Made by a program: the position numbers and the translations under genes. A stretch of 64,000 nt of DNA, filler included, from a bacterium (GTDB lineage: Bacteria; JAMORN01): NCBI GenBank assembly GCA_027063545.1. It is 15 parts of 15 records of this genome, joined end to end, with 100 filler letters (N's around TTAATTAATTAA, not from the genome) between each part and the next. Parts side by side here need not be neighbours in the genome. Positions count along the whole stretch, not along the records: positions 13,617 to 31,759 come from JAMORN010000281.1; positions 31,860 to 35,124 come from JAMORN010000282.1; positions 35,225 to 38,468 come from JAMORN010000283.1; positions 38,569 to 41,797 come from JAMORN010000284.1; positions 41,898 to 45,112 come from JAMORN010000285.1; 10 more parts are not named here. One strand, 5' to 3'. The notes under the pieces are model-generated. The model did no database searches. It worked only from the letters and a program-made list of their open reading frames with translations, and was not told the DNA's origin. This document shows positions 31,201 to 42,304 of this stretch, piece after piece; position 1 is the stretch's first letter; every line of letters begins with the position of its first letter.

Positions 31201-31759
31201 ATGAAAATGGATATAAGTATTTAAGTATTCAGATTTCAGATAAAGATACCCTCTATCCAACTGGTAAATTTGTTATGAAGATAGAATTTCAAAATACCAC
31301 AGAAGAGGAATTAAGAGAAAGTTGGTCTTTAAGACCACATATTGACGAGGATCCATATCCTTATTATGAAGGAATAGGACCATCTGTTGATCCAACAACA
31401 GAACCTATTAGACAAGAGGGAGAGTGGGCTGGACTTCCAGCTTATTTAGAGGATCCTTATGTTGTTGTTTATAATCACGATGCACATATATATGGTTATT
31501 ATCCAGAGTATGATTTTGAAAATGGAACTTTACATCAAGAATATGATATTACAATAAATGTAACTTCTCCATTAAATATAAATGAAAACAATTATGTTGT
31601 AATAACAGGTGATGATGAGACTTATACTTTAACTATAGAAGGTACAGTAACTGTAAAGGGTGAGGTTTCTGGATATGGAAGTGTTGATAGAATAATCATA
31701 AATGGGACAGAAACAGCAGATTTTCCAGCAGATAATAATGGTGAGAATGTACCATTTAC
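28254..31759 (+). CDS. Secreted multidomain GH9 endoglucanase (CelD_N Ig-like + GH9 + FN3-like repeats + CBM3-like), 3'-truncated
   Basis: Signal peptide; IRVNQVGY, GGWHDCGD, LGLNPWDVSFVMG, HPHNR, DYTVDETCVDY; FN3-like W.T...S.V.YG...H.V.L.NL..NT.YYF; KIVNKE...LEVRVY CBM3-like segment. Confidence 0.92.
28281..28320 (+). repeat. 20-bp tandem duplication inside the GH9 signal-peptide coding region
   Basis: TTTTATACTAATATTTCTTC followed by TTTTATACTAATATTTCTTT (19/20 identical). Confidence 0.8.
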
Positions 31760-31860
31760 NNNNNNNNNNNNNNNNNNNNNNNNNNNNNNNNNNNNNNNNN
31801 NNNTTAATTAATTAANNNNNNNNNNNNNNNNNNNNNNNNNNNNNNNNNNNNNNNNNNNNA

Positions 31861-34302
31861 TTAGAAGTTGAAAAAGACAAAATACCACCGGATGCAAGAG
31901 CAACAGCTGTAGACAGGGCTATAAGGGTTATAAGAAATCGTATAGATCAGTTCGGAGTTTCTGAACCTATTATTCAAAAACAAGGAGATTCAAGGATAAT
32001 TGTAGAACTTCCAGGAATAAATAAGTTAGAAAGAGCTAAGGATATTATAGGTCAAACAGCTCTTTTAGAATTTAAACTCGTAGCTCCAACAGAAGATATA
32101 GAGGCTACTTTAAAGCGTATAGATTCTTATTTAAGAAATAAGATATATAAAATATTAGGAGAAAAGGATTCTATTGTAAAACAAGAAAGGGATTCTACTA
32201 AGGATACTATAAGCACAAATAATATATTAACAGAAAAGATTTTTGGATTAGAAAAGCAACAAGGTGAATCTTTAAGTGTAAAGACAAAGGTCTCAAAAAG
32301 TGTAATTGATTCTTTAAAAGCTATATTCCCTGATTTTGATAAACCATTTACTTCTTTATTGAATACATATGGAGGTAATTTATCAAATTTAGTTGTAGTA
32401 GAAGAGAATATACCAAAAGTTGATAAAATTATAAAATCAAAAGATATTAAAAATATTATACCTGGTAATTATGAATTTTTATGGGGAGAAGATAAAAAAG
32501 ACCCAAATACAGGTAAAAAATACAGGTTCTTATACTTAGTAAAAAGAAGAGCTGAATTGACAGGTTCTGTTATAAAAAGTGCAAAAGCAGGTTTTTCTTC
32601 TTCTAACTTTTCAGGAAGTGAACCTATTGTATCTCTTACTATGAATTCTGAAGGTGCTAGAAAGTTTGCTAAGATAACAGGTCGGAATATAAAGAGACGT
32701 TTAGCTATTGTATTGGATAATAAAGTAATTATGGCTCCTGTTATACAGACTAAAATAACAGATGGAAGAGCACAAATCACAGGATTGAAAGATATAGAAG
32801 AAGCAAAAGATATAGCAATAGTGTTGGAAGCTGGAGCTTTACCAGCCCCTGTTAAGATAATAGAAGAAAGAGGGGTAGGAGCAACTTTGGGAGAAGATAG
32901 TATCCAAAAAGCAAAAATAACAGTTATTATTTCAATGTTATTGGTGGCTATATTTTTGATTTTCTATTATTCTACAGGAGGTGTTATTACAGTATTCTCT
33001 TTATTCCTAAATCTTATTTTGGTTCTTGGAACTTTAGCTATGTTTGATTTTACTTTAACTTTGCCAGGTATAGCTGGTATAGTGTTAACTATTGGTATGG
33101 CAGTAGATGCTAATGTGTTGATTTTTGAAAGAATAAGAGAAGAATTAAAAATAGGAAAAACATTAAAAAGTGCTATAGAAACTGGTTTTTCTAAGGCTCA
33201 AATAACAATTTTAGATGCAAATATTACAACTATATTTACAGCTATTATTCTTTATTATCTAGGTACAGGCCCTATTAGAGGGTTTGCATTAACTTTAATT
33301 ATAGGTATTTTAGCTACTTTATTTGTATCTCTTGTTATTACTAAGTTAATATTTGATTGGTTAACAGATAAAGTTCCAAAATTAGTATCTGTTGGAAGAT
33401 TAGCTATATTTAAGAATCCTAATTATAGTTTTATGAGAATAAAAAGAATACCTATTTCTATTTCATTAACTTTAATAGCAATAGGTATTCTATCTATGAT
33501 AATAAGAGGATTTAACTTAGGTATAGATTTTAAAGGAGGACTTTTAGTGCAAGTAAGGTTTGCTAAAAATGTTTCAGAGGAAGAATTAAGAGGTATAATA
33601 AAATCATTAAATGTAGATAAGGTTGAAATAAAGAATTTAAAATCTAAACAGCCTAATACATCAGAATATTTAATTATTTTAGGTGTTAATGAAAAGAATG
33701 AGGCTTTATTAAAGAAATTTTATGAAACTTTTGCTAAGAAATATGGAAAGAATGGATTTGATGTTTTACGCCAAGAAATGGTGGGACCTAAAATAGGGAA
33801 TGAATTAAAAAAGAGTGCTATTTTAAGTGTTTTATTTGCATTATTGGTAATTATATTATATCTATCATATAGATTTAGATTCTGGTATGGAGTTAGTGCT
33901 ATTGTAGCTTTAGCTCATGATGTATTAATAACTGTTGGTATATTTTCTTTACTTCAAGCAGAGATGTCTTTAAGTGTTATAGCAGCTATTTTAACAATAG
34001 TAGGGTATTCTTTAAATGATACTATTGTTATATTTGATAGAATAAGAGAGAATATAAAATTAAAAAGAGGAAAACCTTTTGAAGAGATTTTAGATATAAG
34101 TATAAATGAAACATTATCTAGAACAATTATTACCTCATTAACAACATTGTTCACTATTGTGGCATTATTTTTCTTTGGACCTGAGACTATAAAGGGATTT
34201 TCTGGGGCTTTATTAATAGGTGTTATTGTTGGAACATATTCTTCAATTTACATAGCATCTCCAGCATTAGCATATTTTGTAAATAAATATAAAAGTAAAT
34301 AA
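31861..34302 (+). CDS. secDF: Fused protein translocase SecD-SecF, 5'-truncated
   Basis: Open frame from 31861 with RIDQFGVSEP..IIVELPG; GMAVDANVLIFERIREE; GIDFKGG; GYSLNDTIVIFDRIRE. Confidence 0.96.
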   Translation, partial: LEVEKDKIPPDARATAVDRAIRVIRNRIDQFGVSEPIIQKQGDSRIIVELPGINKLERAKDIIGQTALLEFKLVAPTEDIEATLKRIDSYLRNKIYKILGEKDSIVKQERDSTKDTISTNNILTEKIFGLEKQQGESLSVKTKVSKSVIDSLKAIFPDFDKPFTSLLNTYGGNLSNLVVVEENIPKVDKIIKSKDIKNIIPGNYEFLWGEDKKDPNTGKKYRFLYLVKRRAELTGSVIKSAKAGFSSSNFSGSEPIVSLTMNSEGARKFAKITGRNIKRRLAIVLDNKVIMAPVIQTKITDGRAQITGLKDIEEAKDIAIVLEAGALPAPVKIIEERGVGATLGEDSIQKAKITVIISMLLVAIFLIFYYSTGGVITVFSLFLNLILVLGTLAMFDFTLTLPGIAGIVLTIGMAVDANVLIFERIREELKIGKTLKSAIETGFSKAQITILDANITTIFTAIILYYLGTGPIRGFALTLIIGILATLFVSLVITKLIFDWLTDKVPKLVSVGRLAIFKNPNYSFMRIKRIPISISLTLIAIGILSMIIRGFNLGIDFKGGLLVQVRFAKNVSEEELRGIIKSLNVDKVEIKNLKSKQPNTSEYLIILGVNEKNEALLKKFYETFAKKYGKNGFDVLRQEMVGPKIGNELKKSAILSVLFALLVIILYLSYRFRFWYGVSAIVALAHDVLITVGIFSLLQAEMSLSVIAAILTIVGYSLNDTIVIFDRIRENIKLKRGKPFEEILDISINETLSRTIITSLTTLFTIVALFFFGPETIKGFSGALLIGVIVGTYSSIYIASPALAYFVNKYKSK

Positions 34303-34316
34303 TAAATACTTCAAAA

Positions 34317-34344
34317 CCTCTCCCTTATTTTTTTAAGGGGGAGG
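34317..34344 (+). terminator. GC-rich hairpin after secDF that overlaps the RBS of the next gene
   Basis: CCTCTCCCTTA-TTTTTT-TAAGGGGGAGG; the 3' arm contains GGAGG 7 nt before ATG 34352; no U-tract on the + strand. Confidence 0.5.
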
Positions 34345-34351
34345 AAGTTAT

Positions 34352-35056
34352 ATGATTAAAAAAGTTATTTTTTTCAATATTATTTTTTCTCTTTATTTAT
34401 ATTCAATAATTTACTCTCAAAATCAATATTACGATTTTTCAGTAGCTGTTATAAGATATTCTGGAGGAGGAGATTGGTACTCTTATCAGACATCTATGAA
34501 AAATTTGTTAAGGTATGTGAAAGAAGATTTAAAATTAAATACACCTGAGAGGGAGAAAGTTTTAAGATTAACAGATCCAGAATTGTATAGATATCCTTTT
34601 ATTTTTATTACAGGTCATGGTAATATAAGATTTTCTGAAAGAGAAATTCAAATTTTAAGGAGATATCTTTTAGCAGGTGGTTTTTTATGGGCAGATGATG
34701 ATTATGGAATGGATAAATCTTTTAGGCGAGAGATGAAGCGAGTTTTTCCAGAGTTAGATTTTATTAAGCTACCATCTAATCATAAAATTTTTAATTGTTT
34801 TTATAGACTAAAAGGATTACCTAAAATCCATAAGCATAATGGGAAACCACCTGAGGCTCTTGCGTTAAAATATAATGGCAGAATTTTAGTATTATATACC
34901 TATGAGTCAAATATAAGTGATGGATTAGATGATCCTGAAATTCACAATGATCCAGAGTATAAAAGAATTTTAGCGAAAAAAATGGCAATAAATATTGTCT
35001 ATTACTTCTTTTATTATAATTATCCTAATAAGTATATAGATTTTTCAATTAAATAA
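34352..35056 (+). CDS. DUF4159 family protein
   Basis: YSGGGDWY, YPFIFITGHG, GGFLWADDDYG, PKIHKH, signal peptide. Confidence 0.9.
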   Translation: MIKKVIFFNIIFSLYLYSIIYSQNQYYDFSVAVIRYSGGGDWYSYQTSMKNLLRYVKEDLKLNTPEREKVLRLTDPELYRYPFIFITGHGNIRFSEREIQILRRYLLAGGFLWADDDYGMDKSFRREMKRVFPELDFIKLPSNHKIFNCFYRLKGLPKIHKHNGKPPEALALKYNGRILVLYTYESNISDGLDDPEIHNDPEYKRILAKKMAINIVYYFFYYNYPNKYIDFSIK

Positions 35057-35224
35057 TTTCTGATAGATTTCATTATAGAGGAAAATTCTATATTAGTATG
35101 ATTATTGTTATTACAGAATTTTAANNNNNNNNNNNNNNNNNNNNNNNNNNNNNNNNNNNNNNNNNNNNTTAATTAATTAANNNNNNNNNNNNNNNNNNNN
35201 NNNNNNNNNNNNNNNNNNNNNNNN

Positions 35225-35862
35225 AGTAAGACTAATATTCCTAATGGATAATAAAATAAATAGCGCTTCAATAATTTTGGTTCATCACATATTCTATAAA
35301 GCCATCTTAAATGATATCTATTAACCCAATCAGGATAGTATATTGTCTTTTTGGCAATCTGGTGTAAAAATCCCCCACAGGTATAACCTATACCATTCCA
35401 TCCTATATTTTTTAAATCATAAAGAAATTTCTCTTGAAGTGGAGCTCCCATTCCACAAATAACTATATCTGGATTTAACTTTTTTATATTTATTAAAACT
35501 TTATTATACTCTTCTTTATTAATATATCCATCTCTATATCCTATTATATTTAAATTAGGGAATAACTTTTTAATATTACCTATTGCTTTAGATATTAATT
35601 CTGGTTTTGTCCCTATTATATATATTTTTTTATTTTCTTTAATCGCGTTCTCAAAAATCAAAGGTGCCATAGAAGATATATCAAAACTTTTTCTTTCAAT
35701 TTTATAACCAAAAAGATTGAATATTTTCGTTATTAAAATTCCATCTGACCATATATTAAACTCTTTATAAATTCCTTCATTTTTTTTTGCTATTAAATAA
35801 GTATACGGATTAACATAAGTATATAACTTTTTGTTTGACTTTATAATATTTTCAATTATCAC
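35225..35862 (-). CDS. WecG/TagA/CpsF family glycosyltransferase (GT26), 3'-truncated
   Basis: SDG, GYRDGY, PDIVICGMGAPLQE, LRWLYR..EP..L.KRY. Confidence 0.9.
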
Positions 35863-37048
35863 CTAATATAACCTCCTCAAATCTTTTTAAAATCTTTTCT
35901 CTAGAAAAATCTAACGCCCTATTAAAAGCATTTTCTTTATAATATTTGTATAATTTTTTATCTTCTAATAAACTAATAATTGCTTCTGCTAATTTTTTCT
36001 CAGCTTCTTCTTTATATAAAACTATATCTGGTGTTAATACACCCCATTTCCCATATATAATATTTTTCTCATCCTCTTTTATATCTTTCTCACATAAAAT
36101 TTCTGCAGGGCCATATTTACAATTTGTTGATATAACAGGTGTTTTGCATATTAATGCTTCTACTATAGAATTTCCAAATCCCTCCCATAAAGAAGAAAAA
36201 ACAAATAATTTACTTCTTGCTAAATATTTATATGGATTCTTTTTAAAACCCAATAAAATTATATAATTTTGTAAATTTAATTTTTCTATTTCTTCTTCTA
36301 ATATTCTTCTTAATTCTCCTTCTCCTAAAATTACCAATCTAGCATTTGGTAATTTTTCTATTACATATTTAAAACTTCTTATTAAATAAATCTGGCCTTT
36401 TTGTTCTGTTAAACGTCCTATATTAATTATAATATCATGATTATTAAATAATTTATTTTCTCTTGGTTCTATATCTTCTTTTGCTTTTTCTTCAATAACC
36501 TTTATATCGTAGGGATTATAGATAGTTTCTAAAATATTTTCTTTTATATTAAAATTCTTTATTAAATCCTTTTTAATAGCATTGGATAATGTTATTATTT
36601 TTGAGGTTCTATTATAAAAGAAAGTAATTGCATTCTTTACAATAAAACGCTCTAAAAAATTTCTATTTCCATACTGATGAGTCAAATTATTTCTAACACT
36701 TATTATAACCTTAGAATCTCTAAAAAAACCAACTATTATATTAGCAATATTACTTCTTTCTAAAAAAGAAAAAATTATATCATATTTATCCTTCTTTGTA
36801 TGCTCTAATATTTTTATTAAATAAGAAAACCAGGTATATATTTTTCCAATTAAGTTATACTTTTTTTCTATATCTAAATTTTTATAATTTAATCCATCAA
36901 GTTTATATAAATATTCAGATTTTATTTTATAATTAGGTATAATTGTTATGTAATTCCCTTTTTCTTTTAAATATCTAGCAATATTTAAAAGTATATTTTC
37001 AGCACCACCAGATTCTATAACATCAATTAGCATTAATATTTTTTTCAT
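35852..37048 (-). CDS. GT4 glycosyltransferase (PglJ/WabH-like)
   Basis: GGAE, GRLTEQKG, NPYKY, SLWEGFGNSIVEA, GPAEIL. Confidence 0.92.
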   Translation of the reverse strand: MKKILMLIDVIESGGAENILLNIARYLKEKGNYITIIPNYKIKSEYLYKLDGLNYKNLDIEKKYNLIGKIYTWFSYLIKILEHTKKDKYDIIFSFLERSNIANIIVGFFRDSKVIISVRNNLTHQYGNRNFLERFIVKNAITFFYNRTSKIITLSNAIKKDLIKNFNIKENILETIYNPYDIKVIEEKAKEDIEPRENKLFNNHDIIINIGRLTEQKGQIYLIRSFKYVIEKLPNARLVILGEGELRRILEEEIEKLNLQNYIILLGFKKNPYKYLARSKLFVFSSLWEGFGNSIVEALICKTPVISTNCKYGPAEILCEKDIKEDEKNIIYGKWGVLTPDIVLYKEEAEKKLAEAIISLLEDKKLYKYYKENAFNRALDFSREKILKRFEEVILGDN

Positions 37049-38321
37049 TACTCTCCTTCTCTTTTAAATTAATTTTCCTCAAAATATAAAAATAAAGTAA
37101 ATAACCAACAAGTAAATAGAAAATAAAGGGACCTCTATAACTATCAACAAAAGAAATGGATAATCCAAAAATATAAAGGGCAAAAATCCAATATTTCATT
37201 GCTTTAGCTAAAGAAGATATATAAATATTATCTATATATAACGATTCAACCTTTTTACTCAAAAGCCAAACAAGAAATATTTGAGTATTATATATCATAA
37301 AGCCTAAAAATCCCCATTTAGCTAAGTAATATGCATATAAACTTTCCAAATGAAGGCCTTTAACAACATTAAAAATAAATTTATTTGATCCTGCTCCTAG
37401 CCAAAAATTTTTTTCTAAAATTTCTTTTGTTAATAAAAGTTCAGCAAATCTATGACCTGCCGAAGGATCATTAACTCCTTTTTCTAAAAGACTTTTAATA
37501 TTATCTACTATTTTTTGAACAATTGTTATATCTATCCCTATATAAACAAAAAAAACTACAATAAGTGCAAATATAAAAATTAATTTTATAAAAAGTAATT
37601 TAACAACTTTTTGCCTTTCAAAAAGAAATAAAATCAACAGCACAATAATTATACCTCCTAATCCTGCTCGAGATCCAGATAATACTATAGAAAGAAATAT
37701 TAAATCAACTAAAAGCATAAGTTTTGTTTTATTTTCTCCCGAATATTGAGTATAAAAAAATATTGCATATAATAATACAAATGTCATAAAAGCAGAAAAA
37801 GTATAAGCATATCCAAATGTTCCAGAAAATCTAAAATAATTTATTCCAAAATGTTGAGGTCTATAAGCTTTTACAAATAAATCTAATCCAGGAATAAAAA
37901 CTAATATATTCATAAAAATTTGAATAAAAATTAAAATAAGAGAAAACTTTATAATTTCTTTAAAGTCTTCTTGTTTTACTGGGAATATAAAAGGAAAACT
38001 AGCAATAAAAGCGTAAATAAAAGGTCTAAAAAAATCTGCTATATCTCTTTTTATTATATAAGGTGTGTTTATTACAGTATCTAAAGAATAATACAAAAAT
38101 AAAAATGAAGCGAAAAATAATACAATACTAAAAATCCTATATACTTTAATATTAAAATCTTGAAAAAATTTTAATCCGTATATAAAAAAAAGAAACGAAA
38201 ATAATTGAAGATACATATAACTTTGACCTTTATATACAGAAAGATGTCCTGTAAAAAAAGGACATGCATAAAAGATTAAAAAGATAAAAAATTTATGTAT
38301 TGTAAGATTTCTAATCTTCAT
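37023..38321 (-). CDS. wzy: O-antigen polymerase/ligase-like membrane protein (Wzy_C)
   Basis: About 11 TMs; RFSGTF, SGSRAG, S...R, LGAG, HLES.Y motifs. Confidence 0.8.
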   Translation of the reverse strand: MKIRNLTIHKFFIFLIFYACPFFTGHLSVYKGQSYMYLQLFSFLFFIYGLKFFQDFNIKVYRIFSIVLFFASFLFLYYSLDTVINTPYIIKRDIADFFRPFIYAFIASFPFIFPVKQEDFKEIIKFSLILIFIQIFMNILVFIPGLDLFVKAYRPQHFGINYFRFSGTFGYAYTFSAFMTFVLLYAIFFYTQYSGENKTKLMLLVDLIFLSIVLSGSRAGLGGIIIVLLILFLFERQKVVKLLFIKLIFIFALIVVFFVYIGIDITIVQKIVDNIKSLLEKGVNDPSAGHRFAELLLTKEILEKNFWLGAGSNKFIFNVVKGLHLESLYAYYLAKWGFLGFMIYNTQIFLVWLLSKKVESLYIDNIYISSLAKAMKYWIFALYIFGLSISFVDSYRGPFIFYLLVGYLLYFYILRKINLKEKESNEKNINAN

Positions 38322-38468
38322 GAAGACTTTTTATAAAATCATTTTTATATCTTATAAAAAATTCCTTAAAGTAAACTATAAAAAGAGATACTATTAATGA
38401 TGCAAAAAAACCTAATATAACTATCAATTTTCTTTTGGGCCTTGATTTGGAAATAGGTAAATCAGGTG
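38311..38468 (-). CDS. wzz: Polysaccharide chain-length determinant (Wzz/GNVR) C-terminal fragment
   Basis: Translated by hand: PDLPISKSRPKRKLIVILGFFASLIVSLFIVYFKEF...HED*, a Pro-rich motif before the last TM. Confidence 0.8.
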
Positions 38469-38569
38469 NNNNNNNNNNNNNNNNNNNNNNNNNNNNNNNN
38501 NNNNNNNNNNNNTTAATTAATTAANNNNNNNNNNNNNNNNNNNNNNNNNNNNNNNNNNNNNNNNNNNNT

Positions 38570-39889
38570 ACAAGTATATCTTCTTCTATTGATTATTTAG
38601 GATCTGTTATGAATCAAGTTATATTTTTCTCTTCTTTATTCTTAATATTTTTGCTAATAAGTGTAATACTTTTCTTTAGAGGATACATCCTTAAACCTCT
38701 TACACTTATAAAAGAAAAATTAGAAGATATTGCTTCTGGAGAGGGTGATTTAACTAAAAAACTTGATGTTATAAAAAATGATGAAATTGGAGAAATTGCT
38801 TATGCATTTAATAAATTTTTAGAAACTCTAAGATCTATTATCTCAAAAATTGTTGAACAAACTGGTATTATCAATAAAACTGTTACTAATACCAATATTC
38901 TTGCTGAAGATTTAAAAGAAACATCTACACAACTATCTAAAAATATAACTTCAGCATCACAAAAAATTGATAATATTGCTAATGATTTTACTGAGATACA
39001 AAAGTCCTCACACTATTCTATTCAAAAACTTAATGATCTAACATCTCTTATGGATGATTTTAAAACTAAGTTTACTCTTTTAGCTGAAAAACTTAATTCT
39101 AATGCTTTAAATTTAAACAAATTTATTACAAGATTTTCTAATTCTATGGAAGATTTAAAAAATATAGGTGAACAGGCTTATAGTACCAATAAAGAGGTTC
39201 AAAGTGCTAAAGATAAGGTTAACTATGTTAATAAAACAATTAATGAACTTAAAACCTCATCTGAGAAAATTGGAGAAATTGTAAGAATGATACAAAACAT
39301 TGCTGAACAAACAAATATACTAGCTTTAAATGCAACTATTGAAGCAGCATCTGCTGGAGAAGCTGGTAAAGGATTCAGAGTTGTGGCTGATGAGATTAAA
39401 AATCTATCTAATCAAACAGCTGAGGCTGTAAGTGGTATTGATGACCTTGTTTCAGATATTCAAAAGAAAATATATGAAAATACAGAAAATATTAATGAAG
39501 TTAATAAAACTATAGAGGCAATAGCAGATATAATAAATCAATTAAGTACATATATTACCAATTTTAATGAAAGTATTATAAAAGAAATAGATTCTTTAAA
39601 GAATTCATCTAATGAATTATCTAAAACAACTGATGAGGTGGCTACTGCTAAAAAAGATGTAGAAGTTGCATATAGTAATGTTAAAACAGTTGGAAATGAG
39701 ATAAGAGAAGTTATAAAAACAATTAACAAAGATGGTGAATTAATAAAAGATATAAATGAAAATGTTCAGGAAATTACAGAAGTAGCTAAAAATCTTGAGC
39801 AAAAAGCTAATAATCTGAAAGAACAAGCCTCTGAACTGGAAAATGCAACCACAGAACTTAAACAAAATACAGATAGATTTAAAGTATAA
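38570..39889 (+). CDS. Methyl-accepting chemotaxis protein (TM-HAMP-signalling), 5'-truncated
   Basis: HAMP PL..I...IASGEGDLT...DEIGE; hairpin [37 protein letters not shown]. Confidence 0.95.
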   Translation, partial: TSISSSIDYLGSVMNQVIFFSSLFLIFLLISVILFFRGYILKPLTLIKEKLEDIASGEGDLTKKLDVIKNDEIGEIAYAFNKFLETLRSIISKIVEQTGIINKTVTNTNILAEDLKETSTQLSKNITSASQKIDNIANDFTEIQKSSHYSIQKLNDLTSLMDDFKTKFTLLAEKLNSNALNLNKFITRFSNSMEDLKNIGEQAYSTNKEVQSAKDKVNYVNKTINELKTSSEKIGEIVRMIQNIAEQTNILALNATIEAASAGEAGKGFRVVADEIKNLSNQTAEAVSGIDDLVSDIQKKIYENTENINEVNKTIEAIADIINQLSTYITNFNESIIKEIDSLKNSSNELSKTTDEVATAKKDVEVAYSNVKTVGNEIREVIKTINKDGELIKDINENVQEITEVAKNLEQKANNLKEQASELENATTELKQNTDRFKV

Positions 39890-41699
39890 TACAAATTGGA
39901 GGGAAGTTTTAAAAAGTCTTCCCTCCTCTCCTGGTATATATATTTTTTATCATAATAAAAATGTTCTATATGTTGGTAAAAGTAAAAATTTAAAAAATAG
40001 AGTTTCTTCATATTTTAGGCAAAATATAATAGATACGAATCCCAAAATTAAGGCAATTATAACCAAGGTTACTGATATTGAATATATCATAACAAATAAT
40101 GAAATAGAAGCTCTTTTGCTTGAAGAAAATCTTATAAAAACTCTAAAACCTAAATATAATGTAGAATTAAAGGATGATAAAAGATATCCATTTATTGCTA
40201 TAACTATTGGAGAAAAATATCCTAGAATCATCATAACAAGAAAAAAGATTCCTATAAAATCTTTATATTTTGGTCCCTATCCAAATGTTGGAAAATTAAA
40301 ATCTATTCTTAAAGATATTCAATCTATATTTCCTTATAGACTATGTAACTACAACTTTGAAAAAAATAGACCTAATAGGGTATGTACAAATTATCATATA
40401 AAAAAATGTTTAGGAGTATGTCAGGAATATGTAACAGAAAAGGAATATAGAAAAAATATTATAGAACCTATAATAAAGATATTTGAAGGGAATTATGATA
40501 TTTTAATTAAAAAATTAAAAGAACAAATGAATGAGTATGCAAAAAAACTAGAATTTGAGAAAGCAAAAGAAATTAGAGATAAAATATTTAAACTCCAAGA
40601 GTTATTCCTTGATCAAAAAATACATAATATCCAAGAAGAAGAATCCTTTGATATTATTACCTTTTATAATATCAATGATGTAATAACATTTATAAGTCTA
40701 AGAATAAAAAATGGAAAGCTAGTAGGAAGACTCTATAGCTCTTACCAAAAAATAATAGAAGATGACATATCTGAGTATTTAATAAAATTTCTATTTAAGT
40801 ATTATTATCATCAAACAGATATAACTCCAGTTATATATATAGATAATGAATTAAAACATTTTATATACTCTATTAAAAATTTTTTCGCTACAATTGGAAA
40901 CAAACTAGGAATATCTATAAAAATTGATTATACTCCCGAAAAATATAGGTCACTTTTAAAAATAGGAAAAGAAAATGCCAAAATTATAACCTATGATATA
41001 AATAAAAAACTAAAGGAAAATATAAATATCATGGAAAAAATTAAAAACTTTTTTGGTCTTCCTAAAATACCTAATATTATAGAAGGTTTTGATATTGCTC
41101 ATATCCAAAATACATTTATTGTAGGAGCAAACATAAGATTTAAAAATGGTGAATTTGATAAATCTGGATATAGAAGATATAAAATTAATAAGGTATATGG
41201 TAATTCAGATTATCACTTTATGATGGAGATAATTGAAAGAAGACTAAAACATATAAATGAATGGGGATATCCTGATATTATACTAATAGACGGTGGTAAA
41301 GCTCAATTAAACGCTGTTTTAAAAATACTAGAAAATTATAATTATCCTATTTTCCCTATTGCTATTGCTAAAAAAGAAGAACTTTTATTCATACCAAATA
41401 AACAAAACCCAATTAAATTATCCAAAGATGATCCTATTTTATCCACATTTATAAAAATAAGAGATGAAGTCCACAGATTTGTAAATACATATCATACAAA
41501 TCTTAGAGATAAAAAAATGATAGAATCATCTCTTCTTGAAATTAAAAACCTAGGAAAAAAAAGGCTAGAAAAACTTTTTAACTATTTTAAAACTTTAGAT
41601 GAAATGAAAAAAGCCTCTATTAATGAATTTAAAAAAATTGGAATTCCTGAAAACGTAGCAAAAAAGATCAAAGAGAAAATTACTCAAGACGAAATTTAA
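39843..41699 (+). CDS. uvrC: Excinuclease ABC subunit C (start uncertain)
   Basis: [53 protein letters not shown], HhH. Confidence 0.96.
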   Translation: MQPQNLNKIQIDLKYNTNWREVLKSLPSSPGIYIFYHNKNVLYVGKSKNLKNRVSSYFRQNIIDTNPKIKAIITKVTDIEYIITNNEIEALLLEENLIKTLKPKYNVELKDDKRYPFIAITIGEKYPRIIITRKKIPIKSLYFGPYPNVGKLKSILKDIQSIFPYRLCNYNFEKNRPNRVCTNYHIKKCLGVCQEYVTEKEYRKNIIEPIIKIFEGNYDILIKKLKEQMNEYAKKLEFEKAKEIRDKIFKLQELFLDQKIHNIQEEESFDIITFYNINDVITFISLRIKNGKLVGRLYSSYQKIIEDDISEYLIKFLFKYYYHQTDITPVIYIDNELKHFIYSIKNFFATIGNKLGISIKIDYTPEKYRSLLKIGKENAKIITYDINKKLKENINIMEKIKNFFGLPKIPNIIEGFDIAHIQNTFIVGANIRFKNGEFDKSGYRRYKINKVYGNSDYHFMMEIIERRLKHINEWGYPDIILIDGGKAQLNAVLKILENYNYPIFPIAIAKKEELLFIPNKQNPIKLSKDDPILSTFIKIRDEVHRFVNTYHTNLRDKKMIESSLLEIKNLGKKRLEKLFNYFKTLDEMKKASINEFKKIGIPENVAKKIKEKITQDEI

Positions 41700-41797
41700 A
41701 TATTAAATTTGAAATAATAATATATTTTTTTCTATTCTCTATATAAGGCCTAAAACGCCATTTGAAGATCACCTTTTTTATTTCCTGAGAAAATCCC
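41680..41797 (-). CDS. TonB C-terminal domain fragment
   Basis: Translated by hand: [38 protein letters not shown], the W-R-F-x-P...F-x-L TonB_C ending. Confidence 0.65.
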
Positions 41798-41897
41798 NNN
41801 NNNNNNNNNNNNNNNNNNNNNNNNNNNNNNNNNNNNNNNNNTTAATTAATTAANNNNNNNNNNNNNNNNNNNNNNNNNNNNNNNNNNNNNNNNNNNN

Positions 41898-42188
41898 TCT
41901 CTCAGAAACATAAGGAAGTCCAGATCTTTCAGCCTCTTCTTTGATAATATATTTAGCTTGTTTTTTTGTTCCAACAAACATTATAATGCCACCAGATTTA
42001 GCCATATTATAAACCACATCGACAGCTTTTTGTAAATAAATCAATGTTTTTTTAACATCAATAATGTGAATACCATTTTTCTCAGTGTAAATAAAAGGCT
42101 TCATTTTAGGGTTCCATCTTTTGGTCTGATGACCGAAATGACATCCTGCTTCTAATAAATCATCAACACTGATTTCTAAGTTATACAT
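41898..42188 (-). CDS. rpsB: 30S ribosomal protein S2, 3'-truncated
   Basis: LLEAGCHFGHQTKRWNPKM, FVGTKKQA. Confidence 0.97.
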
Positions 42189-42218
42189 TTTGAATAACCT
42201 CCCTCAAATTATAGTTTA

Positions 42219-42292
42219 ACTTTTGGTTTAACTTCCTACCCACCATACCTACCACTTCATATAGAAGTGGCACCAAAAGTATAAGTGGGTAG
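42219..42292 (-). ncRNA. rpsB leader (S2/t44-like autoregulatory RNA) with pseudoknot
   Basis: Outer stem CUACCCAC/GUGGGUAG (42292-42285 with 42243-42236); inner hairpin CCACUUC/GAAGUGG; internal segment ACUUUUGGU (42280-42272) pairs with downstream ACCAAAAGU (42227-42219). Confidence 0.7.
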
Positions 42293-42304
42293 TGCTTTTT
42301 CAGT

